56,156 nt of DNA from Tubiluchus corallicola (taxonomy: Eukaryota; Animalia; Priapulida), in the NCBI GenBank assembly GCA_030141605.1, contig JAQGDQ010002419.1, positions 1-56,156 of the forward strand, in the 5' to 3' direction. The notes beneath the pieces were generated by a model. That model saw only the letters and a program-made list of their open reading frames with translations, made no database searches and was not told the DNA's origin. The translations under genes were made by a program, and so were the position numbers. Below, piece after piece: positions 19,150 to 29,166 of the stretch. Position 1 is the stretch's first letter. Each line of letters begins with the position of its first letter.

Positions 19150-20745
19150 ATGAGAAGAACAGCATTTATAGTAGCAAGTGTCCTTTTATTCGCTTCTTGT
19201 AAAAAAGACAGTGAAGGGAACAGTATGCCACCAGTCAATAATAAAGAAGGAACATATTATATAGATAATGTAAACGGAGATAATAATAACACAGGAGAAT
19301 CTCCCGAAAAAGCGTGGAAAACAATAACAAATATGAATAGGCTTACTTTTCAGCCGGGGGATAAAATATTGCTAAAAGCAGGAGGAGTTTGGGATGGAGT
19401 TATTGCCCCAAAAGGAAAAGGAGAAAAAGACAACCCCATTGTGATAGATATGTATGGAGAAGGTGAAAAACCCCTCTTAAATGGTAACGGCAGACATCCC
19501 TTTACTGTTAGGCTACAAGACATTGAGTATTTTGAATTGAAAAATTTAAGGATTACCAACAAAGGAGAAGAAAGAGCAGAAAAAGGTGTGTTGAGAGTAG
19601 GAGTTCACATTATAGCAGAGGATATGGGAGAAGTTAATCATATTCACCTAAAAGGCTTGGAAATATATGATGTAAATGGTTTTTACGGAGTTTCTGGCGA
19701 TGACTTCAACGCAGGCAAAGAAAACGGAGGTATACTCATTGAAATAAAAGGAAGCGAGAAACCCACTTATTTTAATGGTTTGGTCGTAGAAGACTGCCAC
19801 ATACACAATGTAGAGCAATCGGGTATGACCAATAAATCCTCTTGGTCGAGCAGAACCTTTACCGATGATGGTGATTGGACACCTAGCCTTAATGTAGTAA
19901 TACGCGGCAATCGCTTTGAAAAAATAGGAGGCAACGGACTGATACTAAGAGTTGCGAAATCTCCTCTGATAGAAAACAATCTGTTCGATAGTTGTGGTTT
20001 GTTTACCACAGGCAATGCCAGCTTTTCGTTCAACACAGACGACGCCCTTTGGCAATACAATGAAGCTCGCTTTACACACAATACGGGCGAAGATGTAGAT
20101 GCTGGTGGGTTCGATAGTGATTATCGCTCAAAAGGAACTATCTTTCAATACAACTACTCTCACGATAACGAACACGGGGGCATACTTATAACGGGTGGAC
20201 CCTCCAACCTTACTACCGCACCATTTAATGATGGAACTATCGTCAGATACAATGTATTTGCTAATAACAAAGCCCACATTGTTCGCACATCAGGATTGGC
20301 TACTAACACTCTTATACATAATAATGTGTTTTATACGGATGCTACTTTAGAAGATAAGATGGACTTAGGAATGGTTTATCATAAAAGTTGGAGTGGAACT
20401 TCTGACAATACAGAATATTACAACAATATTTTTTACTCAGAAGTGGCTTGCGACCTCTTTAACAATGAAGGTAATAGCACTAACAATACATTTGACAATA
20501 ATATATTTTACTACGAAAATGGAGGAGGCACTGAGATACCCACAGGCAATGACAATATACAAGAAGACCCTTTATTTAGCTTTGGCTTTGGTTTAGAAGG
20601 AGCATTTAGATTTCAACTAAACGAAGGCTCACCCGCTATTGATGCAGGGAAGGAAATACCAGACAATGTGCTAAAAGATTATGCAGGTAACACTGTGCCT
20701 GTTGATGTTATTGACATAGGTGCTTTTGAAAAGAAAAAGCAATAA
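19150..20745 (+). CDS. Lipoprotein with right-handed parallel beta-helix (candidate polysaccharide lyase/hydrolase)
   Basis: Lipobox LFASC; YYIDNVNGDNNNTGESPEKAWKT; DAGGFDSDY..TIFQYNYSHDN; SPAIDAG..DIGAFE. Confidence 0.8.
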   Translation: MRRTAFIVASVLLFASCKKDSEGNSMPPVNNKEGTYYIDNVNGDNNNTGESPEKAWKTITNMNRLTFQPGDKILLKAGGVWDGVIAPKGKGEKDNPIVIDMYGEGEKPLLNGNGRHPFTVRLQDIEYFELKNLRITNKGEERAEKGVLRVGVHIIAEDMGEVNHIHLKGLEIYDVNGFYGVSGDDFNAGKENGGILIEIKGSEKPTYFNGLVVEDCHIHNVEQSGMTNKSSWSSRTFTDDGDWTPSLNVVIRGNRFEKIGGNGLILRVAKSPLIENNLFDSCGLFTTGNASFSFNTDDALWQYNEARFTHNTGEDVDAGGFDSDYRSKGTIFQYNYSHDNEHGGILITGGPSNLTTAPFNDGTIVRYNVFANNKAHIVRTSGLATNTLIHNNVFYTDATLEDKMDLGMVYHKSWSGTSDNTEYYNNIFYSEVACDLFNNEGNSTNNTFDNNIFYYENGGGTEIPTGNDNIQEDPLFSFGFGLEGAFRFQLNEGSPAIDAGKEIPDNVLKDYAGNTVPVDVIDIGAFEKKKQ

Positions 20746-20777
20746 ATGTTTATATAGAAACAAAAAAATAAAGAATT

Positions 20778-22349
20778 ATGAAAAGTATAAAATTGTATTT
20801 ATCATTATGCAGTCTATTTGTTACACTTATTTTAAGTTGTGAAAAAGAAGACGACTTTACCAATCCACCCAACCCCGGTGAGCCTAACATTACTAAGTTT
20901 GCAACAACAATAGATGAAGAAACAGGTCAAGTAGTTTTTAGCTTTGGTGGTGAGAATATCCATCTTTACAAACTATATTTTGGTGATGCAGAAAGCACAG
21001 AAGAAACCTCCGAAGGCGAAGAGTTAGAATTTACTTACAGCGATTTAAAAAACATCGCTTATGAAGCTATGTTAATAGGCTATGGCCCTCGCACCAAAGA
21101 CACTGCCCGCACAGCAATAGATGTAACCATAGGCACTCCCGAAGATGTGAAAGTAGAAACAGAGGTGGCAGAAACAGGAGGAGTTAAATTTACACTTACA
21201 GGAAACTATGTAGTTTCGTACCACATAGACTTTGGCGATGAAGAGGACACCTCTATTACTGAAATAGCAGACCCAACAGTAGTTAAACACATCTATGCAA
21301 ATGCAGGAACATATACAGCAAAAATAACAGCCCATGGACGTGAAGGTAATGTAGACACAACTGTCTCTATTAAAATAGAAGAAATAAAAGATACTCCAAA
21401 AAACCTTTTTGCCTCTGCTGTATCTAACGAAGCAGGAATTGCTACACTTACACTTAAGGGAGATTATGTTGTTCGTTATGAAATAGACTGGAGAGATGAT
21501 AGCGGTACAGAAATAGTAGATGACTCAGAAGACTCAATAACTATTACTCATTTATACAAAGAAGATGGAGATTATGACATAACAATAAACGCTTTTGGCT
21601 CAAACGAAGAGTCCATTGAATTCTCCATTGATGATCCATTAAATATAAACATTACTTATGTACCACTAGGTTTCTATGCACATTGGGCAGAGCCGGAAAA
21701 TGTTGCTCCTTTCGATATAAATAGAACAACGAATAGTGATGGTATTTTAGGTGTAATAGAGGGAGTACTTAGTGGTAGTGGTGCTATGTTTACTGATAGA
21801 AGCCTTGATGACAAAGGTATACCTCGCTACGATCCTAATGATGATAAATGTGTAAGGATAACAACACCTTCTCAAGGTGGTCCAAATGCTCTACTTTTTA
21901 AATTATATGGACACTCATTACTTGAGCCTTTTGGAGGAAAACTAAATTTGAAATATCAAAACAAATTTAAATTATTAGTTCATGCCTTTAGGAAAGATTC
22001 CAATGAAGGAACTGGAGAAGATCCTCCTCACAGAGTAAGATTGGTGTTGCAAAATAGGGGTGATAATATTGGAGATGTGTGGGATGATGAAATATATGTA
22101 GAAAAAAAATGGGATGAAAATGATCAATGGTTTGATTTAGAGTTTGACTTTTCTGACGATAGTGGCGAGTGGGTAAATGCAGATGGAAGTAACACCAAAC
22201 CTTCTGAAAGAACAGATTTAGATTGTATTGCAATATACTTTTATCAAGACGGCACGGCAGCAAGACATAGAGTCCACTTTGACAAATTGGAATTATTAAA
22301 TGTAGACGGCACGTCTAATTTTGATTACAGAATACCGAATATTCCTTAA
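20778..22349 (+). CDS. PKD/Ig-repeat lipoprotein, probable surface glycan-binding protein
   Basis: Lipobox ILSC; three PKD-like repeats (YFGD, IDFGD..HIYANAGTY, IDWRD..HLYKEDGDY) plus a C-terminal beta-sandwich; located downstream of susD. Confidence 0.7.
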   Translation: MKSIKLYLSLCSLFVTLILSCEKEDDFTNPPNPGEPNITKFATTIDEETGQVVFSFGGENIHLYKLYFGDAESTEETSEGEELEFTYSDLKNIAYEAMLIGYGPRTKDTARTAIDVTIGTPEDVKVETEVAETGGVKFTLTGNYVVSYHIDFGDEEDTSITEIADPTVVKHIYANAGTYTAKITAHGREGNVDTTVSIKIEEIKDTPKNLFASAVSNEAGIATLTLKGDYVVRYEIDWRDDSGTEIVDDSEDSITITHLYKEDGDYDITINAFGSNEESIEFSIDDPLNINITYVPLGFYAHWAEPENVAPFDINRTTNSDGILGVIEGVLSGSGAMFTDRSLDDKGIPRYDPNDDKCVRITTPSQGGPNALLFKLYGHSLLEPFGGKLNLKYQNKFKLLVHAFRKDSNEGTGEDPPHRVRLVLQNRGDNIGDVWDDEIYVEKKWDENDQWFDLEFDFSDDSGEWVNADGSNTKPSERTDLDCIAIYFYQDGTAARHRVHFDKLELLNVDGTSNFDYRIPNIP

Positions 22350-22385
22350 AAACCAACCTTAATTATTAATTAAAATTAAAAAACT

Positions 22386-25300
22386 ATGAAAAAATCTATT
22401 CTAAGTATTGTTATAATAATCTTCATATTTCAATTTTCTTATTCGAAAAGTAGCTACGAATATACCTTCGAAGCTATCAAGGACACTTATGTAAGGGGTG
22501 GAAGCAATAAAAGCAATAACTATGGCAACGAGCAAACAATGATAAGTAAATATTCTACAGATGGTACTTTTATTAGAAGAGCCTATTTTGCTTTTGACCT
22601 CAATAGTTATCAATCTGTAGAATCAGACAGTATAGCAAACGTAATCTTAAACCTTTTTGTTGAAGGCGGAACCTCAGGCGAGGTGTTGTTGTTTGAAATG
22701 AAAGATGCTTGGGACGAAACAGGTACAAATGGACTTAGTTTTGAAACACAACCCTCCTACTTGGCTACAAATACAGCTATTTATCAAGAAACCCCTATAA
22801 CATCAACAACTGGTTTGACCAGTGGAGCATACAACGAAATTGATATAACAAGCTTCATAAAAGAAAAGCTCAAAGGAGGAACTATAGGTGTTGTATCATT
22901 TTGCCTCTACAATGCTACTGGTAATGGCAGTAGTGTAAGTATTGCAACAAAGGAAAGTAATAATACTCCTCAGCTTATTATAACCCAAATAGACAGCACA
23001 ACAGAACAGGCACTTTTGTTTAATGATACACAAATAAAATATCAAGACACACTTAGCTTTGAAGGTATCGTGTATGAAGAAGAAACAAGGGATATTACTT
23101 TTATTGTAGAAAATAAAGGATATACTACCTTGCGTCTTTACGACATTCAATCAAGCTCCCCTGAAGTAGTAGGAATACAGTATGAAAAAACTGTATCAGC
23201 ACAAGAATCTACAGAAATTACAATTACAGCAAGGTATAACACAGCTGGCAATTATGTATTAGATATAGAAGCTGAAACAAACGACAATACACACACTAAT
23301 TTTTCCTTTTCAATTGATGTTACAGTAATTCCAAATATAGCAGGCAATAAATTAAAACCTACAGACGATACTTATGTGCAAGTAGGAGATGGAGCATCTA
23401 CCATAAGAGGCAAAGAAGCTGTTGTAAGGGCAAAGAAATTGAACAACGAGTCTTCTACTGCCAACAGAGAAACATACCTTAAATACGACTTATCAGAAGA
23501 AGCCAGCTCTTTCAAATCGGCAAAAATACTACTATATGTGACAAAAACAGAAAACAATGCAGCAGAATTTATAACTATAGAGGGCGCTCCCACCAATTGG
23601 ACAGAGAATGATTTAACCTACAATAACCGACCAACAACAGGATTTGAACACGTAGCACTTGGAGAGGTAATATTTAATGAATTTAGTTACTGTGAATTTG
23701 ATGTTACTTCTTATGTAAATGAGAAAGTGGAAGGGGGAAACACAGATATTGCATTTAGATTAACAGGACACGATAGCAAGTATGTAAACTTTGCTTCTAA
23801 AGAGCATCCTACAGGCAATGCACCTTATTTAGTATTGGAAGAAGGAACGCACGAGGATCCTGTAACAGTTACAGGGTCTTTCTATATAGATGCTGCATCA
23901 GGCAATGACAACAACAATGGGCTAAGTCCAGAAGCTGCCTGGAAAACCTTAGATAAAGTGAACTCACACATCTACGGAGCAGGCTCACAACTTTTGTTCA
24001 ATAATGAAAGCGAATGGAATGGACAGTTAGCCATAAAAGGCTCAGGAAGTGCAGGAAGCCCTATTGTTATTGATAGGTATGGGACAGGAGAAAAAAAGCC
24101 CGTTATCAATGGAGAAGGAGAAATTACAAATACCCTATATTTTTTCAACCAAGAACACATAGAGGTAAGAAACATCAAAGTTACCAACAATGCTGAAAAA
24201 ACAAAGTTTAGAAGAGGTATCTATATAGGAGCTCACGACATAGGAGCAGTAAATCATATACACTTAATCAATGTTGATGTTCACGATGTAGCAGGCTCTA
24301 TGAATGGAGAACCATCTAAGGACAACGGAGGGATATTCATACAAGTTTTAGGAAAAAAAGTACCCACTTACTTTGACGACCTATTGATAGAAGGTTGCCA
24401 CATCCACAATGTAACTAGAACTGGTATAGCCAACCAATCATCTTGGAGTACAAGAACTATAGACGTAAATACTAATTGGGTTCCTAGTACCAATGTAGTT
24501 ATTAGAAACAACACAATAGAATACATAGGTGCTAATGGGCTTATTGTTAGAGTAGCAGAAGACCCCCTAATAGAAGGAAACTTATTTAACTTCTGCTCTA
24601 CGAAAGGAAGTGGCAACGCCTCGTTTAGTTTCAATACAGATGGTGCTTTGTGGCAGTACAACGAAGCAAAAAACACCGTCTATATCGATGGCAGTGTAGA
24701 TGCAGGAGGATTTGATAGCGATTATAGAGCGAAAAATACTATCTTTCAATACAACTATAGCCACGACAACGGATGGGCAGGCATTCTAATAACAGGTGGT
24801 ACTGGTACAGGATTCAATGACGGAACTATAGTAAGATACAACATATTTGAGAATAACAAAAATCATACTATAAGAACATCCGGCAATGCAACCAATACAA
24901 AGATACACAACAATATTATCTACGCTGACACAACAGCAGGCGATGTTACTCACATATGGCACAAGGGATGGAGTGGAAAGTATTCAGACCATACAGAGTA
25001 TATCAATAACATATTTTATGCTATAGATGTTAACTCGAACTTTGATTTAGGTAATAGCAAGAACAATATATTCAACAATAACCTCTACTATCTTAAAGAT
25101 ACAACCAACATTCCTCCAGATTCTAATCCCATTATTGGAAACCCTCTTTTCGAGGATACAGGAACTGGAGACCAAAAATATAAAATAAAATCAGAGTCTC
25201 CGGCAATTAATGCAGGCACAAAAATAGAAGGAAACACAGACAAAGACTATTATAACAATCTCATTCCTCAAAGTGCTACAATAGATATAGGAGTGCATCA

Positions 25301-25616
25301 ATTAGGGATAACAGGGCCTGCAACTATGAGTGAACCTACAGTAATGAATAGTGAGCTAACAGTTTACCCCAACCCTGTTACAAGGGGAGATGATATATAT
25401 ATAAAATATCCCGAAGAAATCACCGAAGACAATATAGTTGTAGAGATTATTAACGAATCAGATGCAACTATTACCCCTCTTAACGTAGTAGAGATTCAAA
25501 ATAATAATACAACGATAGTAGTAAAAACACCTTTGCAAATAAGAAAAGGATTATACTATGTAAGAACTACGATAGGCAATAAAGCCCCCTTAGGAAAACA
25601 TCTGATTATAAAATAA
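22386..25616 (+). CDS. T9SS-secreted modular protein: 2x DNRLRE/CBM96-like + Ig + beta-helix + CTD
   Basis: DTYVRGG..RRAYFAFDL and DDTYVQ..RETYLKYDL..ASKE repeats; beta-helix paralogous to 19150-20745; VYPNPV..KGLYYV..KHLIIK sorting domain. Confidence 0.85.
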   Translation: MKKSILSIVIIIFIFQFSYSKSSYEYTFEAIKDTYVRGGSNKSNNYGNEQTMISKYSTDGTFIRRAYFAFDLNSYQSVESDSIANVILNLFVEGGTSGEVLLFEMKDAWDETGTNGLSFETQPSYLATNTAIYQETPITSTTGLTSGAYNEIDITSFIKEKLKGGTIGVVSFCLYNATGNGSSVSIATKESNNTPQLIITQIDSTTEQALLFNDTQIKYQDTLSFEGIVYEEETRDITFIVENKGYTTLRLYDIQSSSPEVVGIQYEKTVSAQESTEITITARYNTAGNYVLDIEAETNDNTHTNFSFSIDVTVIPNIAGNKLKPTDDTYVQVGDGASTIRGKEAVVRAKKLNNESSTANRETYLKYDLSEEASSFKSAKILLYVTKTENNAAEFITIEGAPTNWTENDLTYNNRPTTGFEHVALGEVIFNEFSYCEFDVTSYVNEKVEGGNTDIAFRLTGHDSKYVNFASKEHPTGNAPYLVLEEGTHEDPVTVTGSFYIDAASGNDNNNGLSPEAAWKTLDKVNSHIYGAGSQLLFNNESEWNGQLAIKGSGSAGSPIVIDRYGTGEKKPVINGEGEITNTLYFFNQEHIEVRNIKVTNNAEKTKFRRGIYIGAHDIGAVNHIHLINVDVHDVAGSMNGEPSKDNGGIFIQVLGKKVPTYFDDLLIEGCHIHNVTRTGIANQSSWSTRTIDVNTNWVPSTNVVIRNNTIEYIGANGLIVRVAEDPLIEGNLFNFCSTKGSGNASFSFNTDGALWQYNEAKNTVYIDGSVDAGGFDSDYRAKNTIFQYNYSHDNGWAGILITGGTGTGFNDGTIVRYNIFENNKNHTIRTSGNATNTKIHNNIIYADTTAGDVTHIWHKGWSGKYSDHTEYINNIFYAIDVNSNFDLGNSKNNIFNNNLYYLKDTTNIPPDSNPIIGNPLFEDTGTGDQKYKIKSESPAINAGTKIEGNTDKDYYNNLIPQSATIDIGVHQLGITGPATMSEPTVMNSELTVYPNPVTRGDDIYIKYPEEITEDNIVVEIINESDATITPLNVVEIQNNNTTIVVKTPLQIRKGLYYVRTTIGNKAPLGKHLIIK

Positions 25617-25682
25617 TAAAAATAACCATCCCTAATGTTGCATATTTTTTTTACATAACATTAAGTTGCATAATTCTACTCT

Positions 25683-27098
25683 ATGAGAAATACATTATTT
25701 TTTTCGATAATACTATTCATATCCTGTATTTATAGCGAGGCGAAAATGCCAGTAGTAAGTGTAAAAAAAAAGGTATATCCTTCTAACAAAAAACAGCAAC
25801 CATATTTTAAAGACTGGGAAAATATGGAAGCCACTACCATAAAGCAATTGAAAGGCTATAAAAAAAGTAAAATAGAAACAGGAAAATACGGAGATAGAAC
25901 AGATATAAAAGAAGAAACCAAAGGATTTTACTACACAAAAAAAATAAAAAACCGATGGTGGATTATATCCCCTGATGGGCATCCCGTAATAAACCTATCC
26001 GTAAACTCAATCAACAGAGGAAAATCAGATAGAACAAAGCAAACCTTTAAGGAAAAATTTGGCAACACAGAAAACTGGACAAACGAAACTATAAAAATGC
26101 TAAAAGAAAATGGTTTCAACTCAGCAGGCTCTTGGTCAGAAGTAGAAAACATACAACAGCAAAACAAAGAAAACAATACCCATTTTGCTTATACTATCAA
26201 CCTTGCATTGATGAGTAGTTTTGGAAAAAAATTGGGAAAAACTTATGCAGTACCGGGTCATACAGGCTATCCACACAATGCTATCTTTGTTTTCGAACCA
26301 GAGTTTGAAACATTCTGTAATGAAAAAGCCAAAGAATTAGTACAATTAAAAAATGATGCCAATTTATTTGGTTATTTCACCGACAATGAAATGCCTTTCA
26401 AAAGAAATATGCTCGAAGGATACTTGAAATTAAACAAAGACGATAATGGATACAAGGCTACCATACAATGGTTAAAAAATAAAGGTTTAAACAAAGATAG
26501 CCAGTTTACAAATGATATAAAAGACGAATTTAGAGCATATATTGCCGATAAGTATCTATCTATTGTAACCAAAGCCATACGAAAACACGACCCTAATCAC
26601 CTCATATTAGGACCTAGGTTATACACAGATGAAAAAAACAATGCTTTGTTTATGACTACCCTAGGGAAATATGTAGATATAGTAAGCTGCAACTATTACC
26701 ACAGATGGACACCTCAACAAGAAGAAATCAATGCTTGGACAGAATGGTCGGGCAAGCCATTTATGATAACCGAATGGTATGTAAAAGCAGAAGATTCTGG
26801 ACTACCCAACCAATCAGGAGCAGGATGGATAGTAAAAACACAAAAAGACAGAGGAATATTTTACCAAAACTACACTTTAGGACTATTGCAATCTAAAAAT
26901 TGTGTAGGATGGCACTGGTTCAAATATCAAGACAACGACCCTACACAGAAAAATGCTGAACTCTCTAATACAGACTCAAACAAAGGAATTGTTGATTACA
27001 AATACGATACTTACAACTCTTTATTAAAAATGATGAAAGAAGTTAATACACAAATATATAGTCTTATAAATTATTTTGATGATAACAATAAAAAATAA
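25683..27098 (+). CDS. Agarase-like (GH50-related, clan A) glycoside hydrolase
   Basis: RWWIISPDGH, GFNSAGSWS, LFGYFTDNE, AIRKHDPNHLILGPR, KPFMITEWY, VGWHWF motifs. Confidence 0.75.
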   Translation: MRNTLFFSIILFISCIYSEAKMPVVSVKKKVYPSNKKQQPYFKDWENMEATTIKQLKGYKKSKIETGKYGDRTDIKEETKGFYYTKKIKNRWWIISPDGHPVINLSVNSINRGKSDRTKQTFKEKFGNTENWTNETIKMLKENGFNSAGSWSEVENIQQQNKENNTHFAYTINLALMSSFGKKLGKTYAVPGHTGYPHNAIFVFEPEFETFCNEKAKELVQLKNDANLFGYFTDNEMPFKRNMLEGYLKLNKDDNGYKATIQWLKNKGLNKDSQFTNDIKDEFRAYIADKYLSIVTKAIRKHDPNHLILGPRLYTDEKNNALFMTTLGKYVDIVSCNYYHRWTPQQEEINAWTEWSGKPFMITEWYVKAEDSGLPNQSGAGWIVKTQKDRGIFYQNYTLGLLQSKNCVGWHWFKYQDNDPTQKNAELSNTDSNKGIVDYKYDTYNSLLKMMKEVNTQIYSLINYFDDNNKK

Positions 27099-27861
27099 AA
27101 TCCTTTATATTCTTCTGCTATTATTATTTGTATTATCCTCTTGTGATAAAAATAAGTCATGTGATAAAAATAAGTCAAACTTAGACATCTACTTACTTAT
27201 CGGACAGTCTAATATGGCAGGAAGGGGAGAAATGCAACCTAAAGACACTCTACTACTTTTAGAAAAGGTATACCTATTCAACGACAAAGGAAAATGGGAA
27301 AAAGCAAAACATCCTCTAAACAAATATTCTACCGTAAGGAAAAAACTATCAATGCAAGAAATAAGTTTAGGATATAGGTTTGGCGAAAAACTATCAAAAG
27401 AAACTAATAAAAAAATTGGCTTAATAGTCAATGCACGAGGAGGCACAAGTATAAAAAAGTGGCAAAAAGATTCACTACTATATAACGAAGCCATAAAACG
27501 CACACAAGAAGCCTTAGCCAAAGGAGGCACACTAAAAGCCATATTGTGGCATCAAGGGAGCAGCGATAAAAATAATGCTGACACCTATATGGAATACCTA
27601 AAGAAAATGGTAACAGATTTACGTCAAGACCTAAATAGTCCAAACTTACCATTCGTAGCAGGAGAATTGGGCAAATGGCGTAACTCTGTCAATGATTTTA
27701 ATACAATGCTAAACACCATAACAGAAAACATAAACCACACTGCCTTGGTAAAATCAGACAACCTTACACCTAAAAACGACAGCATACACTTCGATACCAA
27801 AAGCCTACACATACTTGGCGAAAGATATGCAAATGCAATACTAAAAATAAAATCAGATTAA
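27076..27861 (+). CDS. SASA/CE6-type O-acetylesterase lipoprotein
   Basis: GQSNMAGRG, ARGGT, WHQG, DSIHFD catalytic motifs. Confidence 0.88.
   Translation: MMITIKNKILYILLLLLFVLSSCDKNKSCDKNKSNLDIYLLIGQSNMAGRGEMQPKDTLLLLEKVYLFNDKGKWEKAKHPLNKYSTVRKKLSMQEISLGYRFGEKLSKETNKKIGLIVNARGGTSIKKWQKDSLLYNEAIKRTQEALAKGGTLKAILWHQGSSDKNNADTYMEYLKKMVTDLRQDLNSPNLPFVAGELGKWRNSVNDFNTMLNTITENINHTALVKSDNLTPKNDSIHFDTKSLHILGERYANAILKIKSD
27142..27177 (+). repeat. 18-bp perfect tandem duplication (CDKNKS x2)
   Basis: tgtgataaaaataagtca twice, starting at the lipobox Cys codon. Confidence 0.9.
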
Positions 27862-27901
27862 CAATAAAAATTTTAAAAACATAATTTAAAGACTCATTAT
27901 T

Positions 27902-29131
27902 ATGATGACAAAACAATACACAATCGCATTATTTTTTATTACTCTTTTAACAACATCGTGCAACAACCAAAATGCAGATAAACTTGTGGAAGAAAACTTT
28001 CTCTTTGCAGAAGAGCAGTTAAGTATCTTAATTAAAAATACCGAGCAAATAATGGGTTCAGAACAGCAGAAAAGCCCTCAAAAGAAATTAGTAGCACCTA
28101 GAAATTTAGAAAACGACGGAAGTTTGCACTTAGTTGCCTCAAGAGATTGGACAAGTGGTTTCTTCGCAGGAACATTATGGTATATGTACGAATACACCAA
28201 TAACAATAAATGGAAAAAAGAAGCCGAAAAATATACCAAACTATTAGAACAAGAAAAATACAACGCAAAAACACACGATATGGGCTTTAAAATGTTTTGC
28301 AGTTACGGTAATGCCTACAGGCTAACAGGAAATAAAGAATACAAAGACATTTTAATACAGTCGGCAAAAACTCTTACAACACGTTTTAATCCCAACACAG
28401 CTTGTATAAGGTCCTGGGATCATAATAAAGATAAGTGGGACTACCCTGTAATCATTGACAATATGATGAACTTAGAGTTACTCTTATGGGTTGCAAAAGA
28501 AACAAACAATGACACATTAAAAAATATTGCTATTTCACATACCGAAGCAACATTAAAAAACCATTTTAGAAAAGATTACAGCTCCTATCACGTATTAGAC
28601 TATGATACATTAACGGGCAAAGTTGTTCAACGCCATACTCATCAAGGCTATGCCCACGAATCTGCTTGGGCAAGAGGACAGAGTTGGGGACTTTACGGTT
28701 TTACAATGATGTATAGAGAAACAGGAGAAGAAGCATACTTAAATCAAGCAGAAAAAATAGCTTCTTTTATTATTTCTCATAAAAACTTGCCTGATGATAT
28801 AATTCCTTACTGGGACTTTAATGACCCTCAAATTCCCAACGTGCCAAGAGACGTATCTGCTGCTACAGTAATGGCTTCGGCACTATTGGAGCTATCGCAG
28901 TACTCAAATAATAGAAAAAACAATTACAAAAACACTGCTATAAAAATACTAAGAAACTTATCGTCCTCTAACTATCGCTCAAAACCTAACGAAAATAAAG
29001 GGTTCATACTTTTACATAGCACAGGGAATAAACCTAAAAATTCAGAAGTAGATGTTCCTATAATTTATGCGGAATACTACTTTTTAGAGGCATTGATAAA
29101 GTTGAAAAACATAAATGATGAACATAAATAA
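27902..29131 (+). CDS. GH88 unsaturated glucuronyl hydrolase
   Basis: WTSGFFAG, THDMGF, IIDNMMNLELL, WARGQSW, IPYWDF motifs. Confidence 0.93.
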   Translation: MMTKQYTIALFFITLLTTSCNNQNADKLVEENFLFAEEQLSILIKNTEQIMGSEQQKSPQKKLVAPRNLENDGSLHLVASRDWTSGFFAGTLWYMYEYTNNNKWKKEAEKYTKLLEQEKYNAKTHDMGFKMFCSYGNAYRLTGNKEYKDILIQSAKTLTTRFNPNTACIRSWDHNKDKWDYPVIIDNMMNLELLLWVAKETNNDTLKNIAISHTEATLKNHFRKDYSSYHVLDYDTLTGKVVQRHTHQGYAHESAWARGQSWGLYGFTMMYRETGEEAYLNQAEKIASFIISHKNLPDDIIPYWDFNDPQIPNVPRDVSAATVMASALLELSQYSNNRKNNYKNTAIKILRNLSSSNYRSKPNENKGFILLHSTGNKPKNSEVDVPIIYAEYYFLEALIKLKNINDEHK

Positions 29132-29166
29132 TCTACATACTACCAGTACTCAAAGAAAATTATACT

